This document shows, one piece after another, positions 58,838 to 64,000 of a DNA stretch of 64,000 nucleotides. The stretch is from contig NC_091980.1 of NCBI RefSeq assembly GCF_044704955.1, positions 25,420,001-25,484,000 on the forward strand, in the 5' to 3' direction. The number at the start of each line of letters is the position of its first letter. The stretch's first letter is position 1. Origin of the DNA: Pristiophorus japonicus (taxonomy: Eukaryota). Made by a program: the position numbers and the translations under genes. Below the pieces are notes generated by a model that saw only the letters and a list, made by a program, of their open reading frames with translations, made no database searches and was not told where the DNA came from.

Positions 58838-61800
58838 GGCCGTGATTTTGCTGACCTTGGCGGGTCCATGACAGGCGACATTGGTGGCGTATCCCGACCC
58901 CGCTGCTGGCTTCATCCCGCTCTGTAAAATGAATTTCCCTTGATGGGGCTTGTTAAGCCCGTCCAACGTATTTCGCGAGCCAAATAGAGGAAGTTCAGTC
59001 AGTTTCCTTAAAGGGACCATGTACATATTTATTTGGTCAGTTGTGCTCTCAGTGTTCTACAGCATTGAGGTGCTGCAAACACTGACAGTTACTGCACAAA
59101 GGCACAGGGCTGCACCCAAACTCTCCCATGACTCACTACATATGCTTATGGAGGGAGTCATAGCACACAGGGAGGTCCTTTTCCCTTCTTATGGGTGGAA
59201 GACACCTCCCCAGAAGATCAACACAGCCCGGGTGCACATTACAGAGGAGGTCACAAGCAGGAATATGGTCAAGAGGACATGGGTGAAGTGCTGCAGACAT
59301 TTCAGCGATCTTCGTAGATCATGAAACGTTAGTACAAAGCCACACTCAGACTCATCCTGCTGTGCATCTCATCACATCCCCATCACTCTGCCTTCCATAC
59401 CCTACACCTGCACATCCTTACCCACACCAACTTGCCTTGCACCTCCACCCATCCCTCTCTATTATCACAGCGCAATCTCACTAGCCACCCCTCACATTCA
59501 CACTCATCCTATTGCAATCGTATCAATTAACAACACACAAGGGTAGGCATTTGGGTGTTTTATGCAATATTCATGTAAAGTTTCTGTTAATATGGTGTCA
59601 AACATTGATACCTTTATTTTAGAAACATAGAAACATAGAAAATTGGAGCAGTTTTGGCCCTTCGAGTCTGCACCGACATTCAATATGATCATGGCTGATC
59701 CTCTATCTCAACACCATATTCCCTCTTTGTCCCCATACCCCATAATGCCTTTTGTTTCTAGAAATCTATTTATCTCCCTCTTAAATATATTCAATGACTT
59801 GGCCTCCACAGCCTTCTGTGGTAGAGAATTCCACAGGTTCACCACCCTCTGAGTGAAAAAATTTCTCCTCATCTGGTCCTACATTTCCTACCTTGTATGC
59901 TGAGACTGTGACCCCTTGTTCTAGACATCCCAGCCAGGGGAAACATCCTCCCCGCATCAAGTCTATCCAACCCAGTCAGAATTTTACACGTTTTAATGAG
60001 ATCCCCTCTCATTCTTCTAAACTCTCGTGAATACAGGCCTAGTCGACCCAATCTCACCTTATACGACAGTCCTGCCATCCCAGGAATCAGTCTGGTGAAC
60101 CTTCGCTGCACTCCCTCTATGACAAGTGTATCCTTTCTTACTGCACACAATACTCTAGGTCTGGTCTCATCAAGGCCCTGTAAACTGTAGTAAGACATCC
60201 TTGCTCCTAAACTCAAATCCTCTTGCAATGAAGGCGAACATACCATTTGCCTTCCTAACTTCTTGCTGCACCTGCATGTTCGCTTTCAATGGCTGGTGTA
60301 CAAGGACACTCAGGTCCCTCTGCACATCGACACTTCCCAAGTCATCATCATTCAAATAATACTTTGCTCTTACGTTTTTCCTAACAAAGTGGATAACTTC
60401 ATATTTATCCACTTTATAATGCATCTGCCATGTTTGCCTACTCACTCAACCTATCTAAAATCGCCTTGCAGCGTCTTTGCATCCTCCTCACAACTCACAA
60501 TCCCACATAGTTTTGTGTCAGCAGCAAACTTGGAATTATTACATTTGGTTCCCTCATCCAAATCATTTATATATATTGTCAATAGCTGGGGCCCAAGCAC
60601 TGATCCTTGAGGTACCCCATGAGTCACAGCCCACCACCCTGAAAAAGACCCGTTTATTCCTACTCTCTGTTTCCTATCAGTTAACCAATTTTCAATCCAT
60701 GCCAATACATTACCCCTAATCATATGTGCTTTAATTTTGCACATTAACCTCTTATGTGGGACTTTATCAAAGACCTTCTGAAAATCCAAATACACTACAT
60801 CTACTGGTTCTCTCTTATCTATTCTATCAGTTACATCCTCAAAAAACTCCAGTTGGTTTGTCAAACATGATTTCCTTTCATAAATCCATGTTGACTTTGT
60901 TTAGTCCTGTTATATTATCTAAGTGTGCCATTATCACATCTTTTATAATAGACTCCAGCATTTTCCCTACTACTGACGTCAGGCTAACCGGTCTGTAGTT
61001 CCCTGTTTTCTCTCTCTGTCCTTTTTTAAATAGTAGAGTGGGGTTACATTTGCCACCATCCAATCTGCAGGAACTGTTCCATAATCTATAGAATTTTGGA
61101 AGTTGACAACCAATGCATCTACTATTTTGATCGCTACCTCTTTTAGTACTCTGGGATGCAGATCATCAGACCCTGGGGATTTATCTGCCTTCAGTCCCAT
61201 TAGTTTCTCCAGCACTATTTTCTTACTAATAATTATTTCCTTTAATTCCTCGTGCTCACTAGATCCTTGGTTTCCGAGCATTTCTGGGACGATATTTGTG
61301 TCCTCTTCCGTGAAGACAGAACCAAAGTATTTATTTAATTGTTCTGCCATTTCCTTGTTCCCCATTACAAATTCTCCCGTTTCTGTCTGTAAAGGACCTA
61401 TATTTGTCTTCACTAATCTTTTTCTTTTTACGTACTTGTAGAAACTTTTGCAGTCGCTTCTTATGTTTCTTCAAGTTTACTCTCATACTCATTTTTTCCC
61501 CTCTTAATCAATCTCTTGGTCCTTTTTTGCTGAATTCTAAACTGCTCCCAATCCTCAGATTTGCGATTATTTTCTGGCAACTTTATATAACTCCTCTTTG
61601 GATGTAACACTATCCTTAATTTCTTTGTTAGCCATGGTTGGGCCACTTTTCCTTTTGTGTTTTTACGCCAGAAAGGAATGTATAACTGTTGCAATTCATC
61701 CATTCATTCCTCAAATATTAGCCATTGCCTATCCACCGTCATGCCTTTTAATGAATCTTTCTAATCTGTCATAGCCAATTCAGTCCTCATACCTTTGTAG

Positions 61801-63157
61801 TTTCCTTTGTTTAGATTTAGGATCCTAGTTTCGGATTGGAATACTTCATTTTCAGCTCAATAAAGAATTCAATCATGTTATGGTCAGTCTTGCCAAAAGG
61901 ACCCCGCACAAGACTGCTAATTAACCCTTTCTCATTACATAATACCCAATCTAGGATAGCTTGTTCCCTAGTAGGCTCCTCAACATACTTGTCTAAAAAA
62001 CCATCACGTACACACTCCAGGAATTCATCTACAACAGGATTATTCCTAATTTGGTTTAGCCAGTCTACCTGTAGATTAATGTCACCGATGATAACTGTAG
62101 TATGCTTACTACACGCATCTCTGATTTCCTGTTTGATGCCGTCCCCTACACTACCACTACTGTATGGAGGCCTATAGACAACTCCCACCAATGTTTTCTG
62201 CCCCTTGGTGCTCCTTAGCTCCACCCAGACTTTTTCAACACCTTGCTTTCTTGTACAGATCTGTGTGCACCTTTGGAAGTGGCTTAGTGAGTTGCAGTAA
62301 CTATTGAGACAAAACAGTACTCTGTGCAGTACTGATAAATGTGAAAGGAATGGCTTGGGCACTGTAGGGATGCTTCATGGTATTGGTGTGGGGTGCTGCC
62401 AAACTGGCACATCAAATGGCAGTCAGGGTGCACAGTGCCAAGTGAAATAAATCTGGCCATGGTGAGGCCATCCCTGGTGTCCCAGGTAGCAATGTGCTTG
62501 GGTTCTGATGCCCTGTGTCCTGTGCAGCATTAGTTGATTGGTGTTGTTGTTGGTGCTGCTGGTGACACTGGTGCTGCTGGTGTTGGGGATGATAGTGGTG
62601 GGATTCTGAGGACAAAGTTGAGATAGTATAAAGTGCACCCATGCTAATGCAATAGATGGCAGGTGAAGTTGAGATGACAGAAGCAATCTGTTAATGGTGA
62701 GAGAGGTTGTTCCAATGAGGTGACACTGGATAGAGAGTTTGCTACAAACATTTGCAACCTGCATAAAGCTCAACCTGTCTTTGAAATGCAATAACCAACA
62801 GCTTCTGAGCTTGCAAAATGAACAGCTGTGAGGTGGGAGCTTTTATTACACATTTAAAGCTGTCAGGTAATCAGCTGTTTCAATGGCCATTCATCTCCCG
62901 CCTCAGCTTAACTGACATGATCCCCGAGCAGTGAAGACTCCATGGGCGAGCAATAAAAATCACAAGATGAGCTCAAATGTATTCTTAATGATTTCTAAAC
63001 AAGATCATAATTGCCTGAATTCGATTCCCCGCCGCTGCGTGTCGGGTCTGCTCAGCACTGACATACGCGACATTGGGAAAGGCGCGTGGCGGTGGTTTCA
63101 CTTTACCACCTGACCCGCCACTGATCGCGCTCACTGACCCCACTGAAAATTCCAGCC
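58838..63157. mobile_element. Non-autonomous Harbinger derivative (family of 4319-6086) split by a CR1 insertion
   Basis: Ends ggccgtgattttgc / gaaaattccagcc. Myb remnant AAPKLSHDSLHML...EEVTSR...FSDLRRS. Element sequence resumes at 62231 where it stops at 59620. Confidence 0.72.
59620..62231 (-). mobile_element. CR1 LINE (endonuclease end, RT and tail), 5'-truncated, degenerate
   Basis: VVYRPP, DKSPGSDDLHPRVLKE, NYRPVSLTSVVGK, YLDFQKVFDKVPH, GVPQGSVLGP, FAADTKL, and a (TTCTATGT)n tail at 59620-59645. Confidence 0.92.
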
Positions 63158-63627
63158 ATTGGGTCAGATACCACGTGTGTATTCACGACACTCAGCTCTA
63201 CCACTCCACCACCTCTCTCAAAACCTCCACCGCCTCTGTGCTGTCAGTCTTGGATGAGCAATAACTTCCTCCAGTTAACGATTTGGAAGATCAAAGCCAT
63301 CGTCTTCGACCCTCGCCACGAATTCCATGCCATCGGCACCAGCTCCATCCTCCTGCATGGCCGTTGTCTCAGGAATTTTAGGAGGATGGATGACAAATTT
63401 CCGAAAAAATGTTAATGCTATCAATCAAAATGCCCTTAGTGCATCCACTATTTCTAATGCACAGAGGATTTTTACCCACATGGCTGTTTTGAAAGAGAGA
63501 TTCATTCTGGGCTGTGTGATAGAAATGGAGGATCATGACATCATCCCAACATTTTGTTTGAAATATTTCTGGAATTACTCACAAATAATCATATTATTTA
63601 ACCCTTTCCAGTCCTGGTTCTACTTAC

Positions 63628-63972
63628 CTTTGATCCCAAATACTTCATACTGTTTCAGGATTTGCTTACTGGGCTGTGTTTGAGTCCAGGTGAACAATCC
63701 CGCATGTTCAAAGGTGGGGTTTCTGATTCTCAGATTAAGGGTACCCCAGTCCTCACGGATCCTCTGAGAAATGCCTGGTATATTATTGTACTCAGTGCTC
63801 CATTGTATGGCCCACCGCTGACCTTCTCTGTGAAAAGTTCCCAATTGCTTTGTAATTTGTTGCCCTGAGTGTGGTCTCCATTCCCAGACAATAGAGTCAT
63901 TTCCAGGATTGTCTGGCCCTTTCAATACAAAGTTTTCTTCCTGATGGAAAAAATAAATATAATTCCGGCTTC
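63628..63972 (-). CDS. Cysteine-less Ig V-type domain exon (CD4 D3-like), paralogue of 8099-8443
   Basis: 345 nt, phase 1/1, ctcacag acceptor and GTAAGT donor. SRNYIYFF...LKGPDNPGNDSIVWEW...TLNLRIRNPTFEHAGLF...KQYEVFGIK, open. Confidence 0.87.
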
Positions 63973-64000
63973 CTGTGAGAAAAGAGAACAAACATTTTAA

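Noticed and set aside
3044-63972. Calling the Ig gene CD4 or LAG3, or an Ig/TCR locus
   Set aside because: No cytoplasmic motif or synteny is visible, the architecture repeats, and there are no RSS heptamer/nonamer or J segments. The gene symbol is left blank.

Overview
Non-coding-rich vertebrate genomic DNA, most likely from a cartilaginous fish (shark). This is inferred from the repeat spectrum: CR1 LINEs with (TTCTATGT)n tails, L2, RTE, DeuSINE-like SINEs, Penelope-like tails, many Harbinger derivatives and Gypsy elements. The only host-gene signal is a set of phase-1 immunoglobulin-domain exons on the minus strand. In transcription order they are: Cys-less V (63628-63972), a C2 exon cut off by an LTR (58310-58343), V with Cys pair (54461-54799), C2 with WxC>WxY (54113-54382), then after ~45.7 kb a second Cys-less V (8099-8443), C2 (3044-3313) and a broken C2 half-exon (2534-2625). 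This resembles a tandemly repeated CD4/LAG-3-like V-C2-V-C2 module being remodelled by transposons. No transmembrane or cytoplasmic exon is convincingly visible. The rest is nested, mostly degenerate mobile DNA. It includes a two-gene Harbinger transposon and its deletion derivatives/MITEs, several Gypsy fragments, a retrovirus-like pol with tether plus RNase H, two Penelope-like tails with degenerate minimal hammerhead-ribozyme motifs, a ~3.7-4 kb tandem segmental duplication, a 27-bp minisatellite and an interstitial telomere-like tract. Coordinates were counted by eye. Exon boundaries were checked against GT/AG and phase; TE boundaries are approximate.
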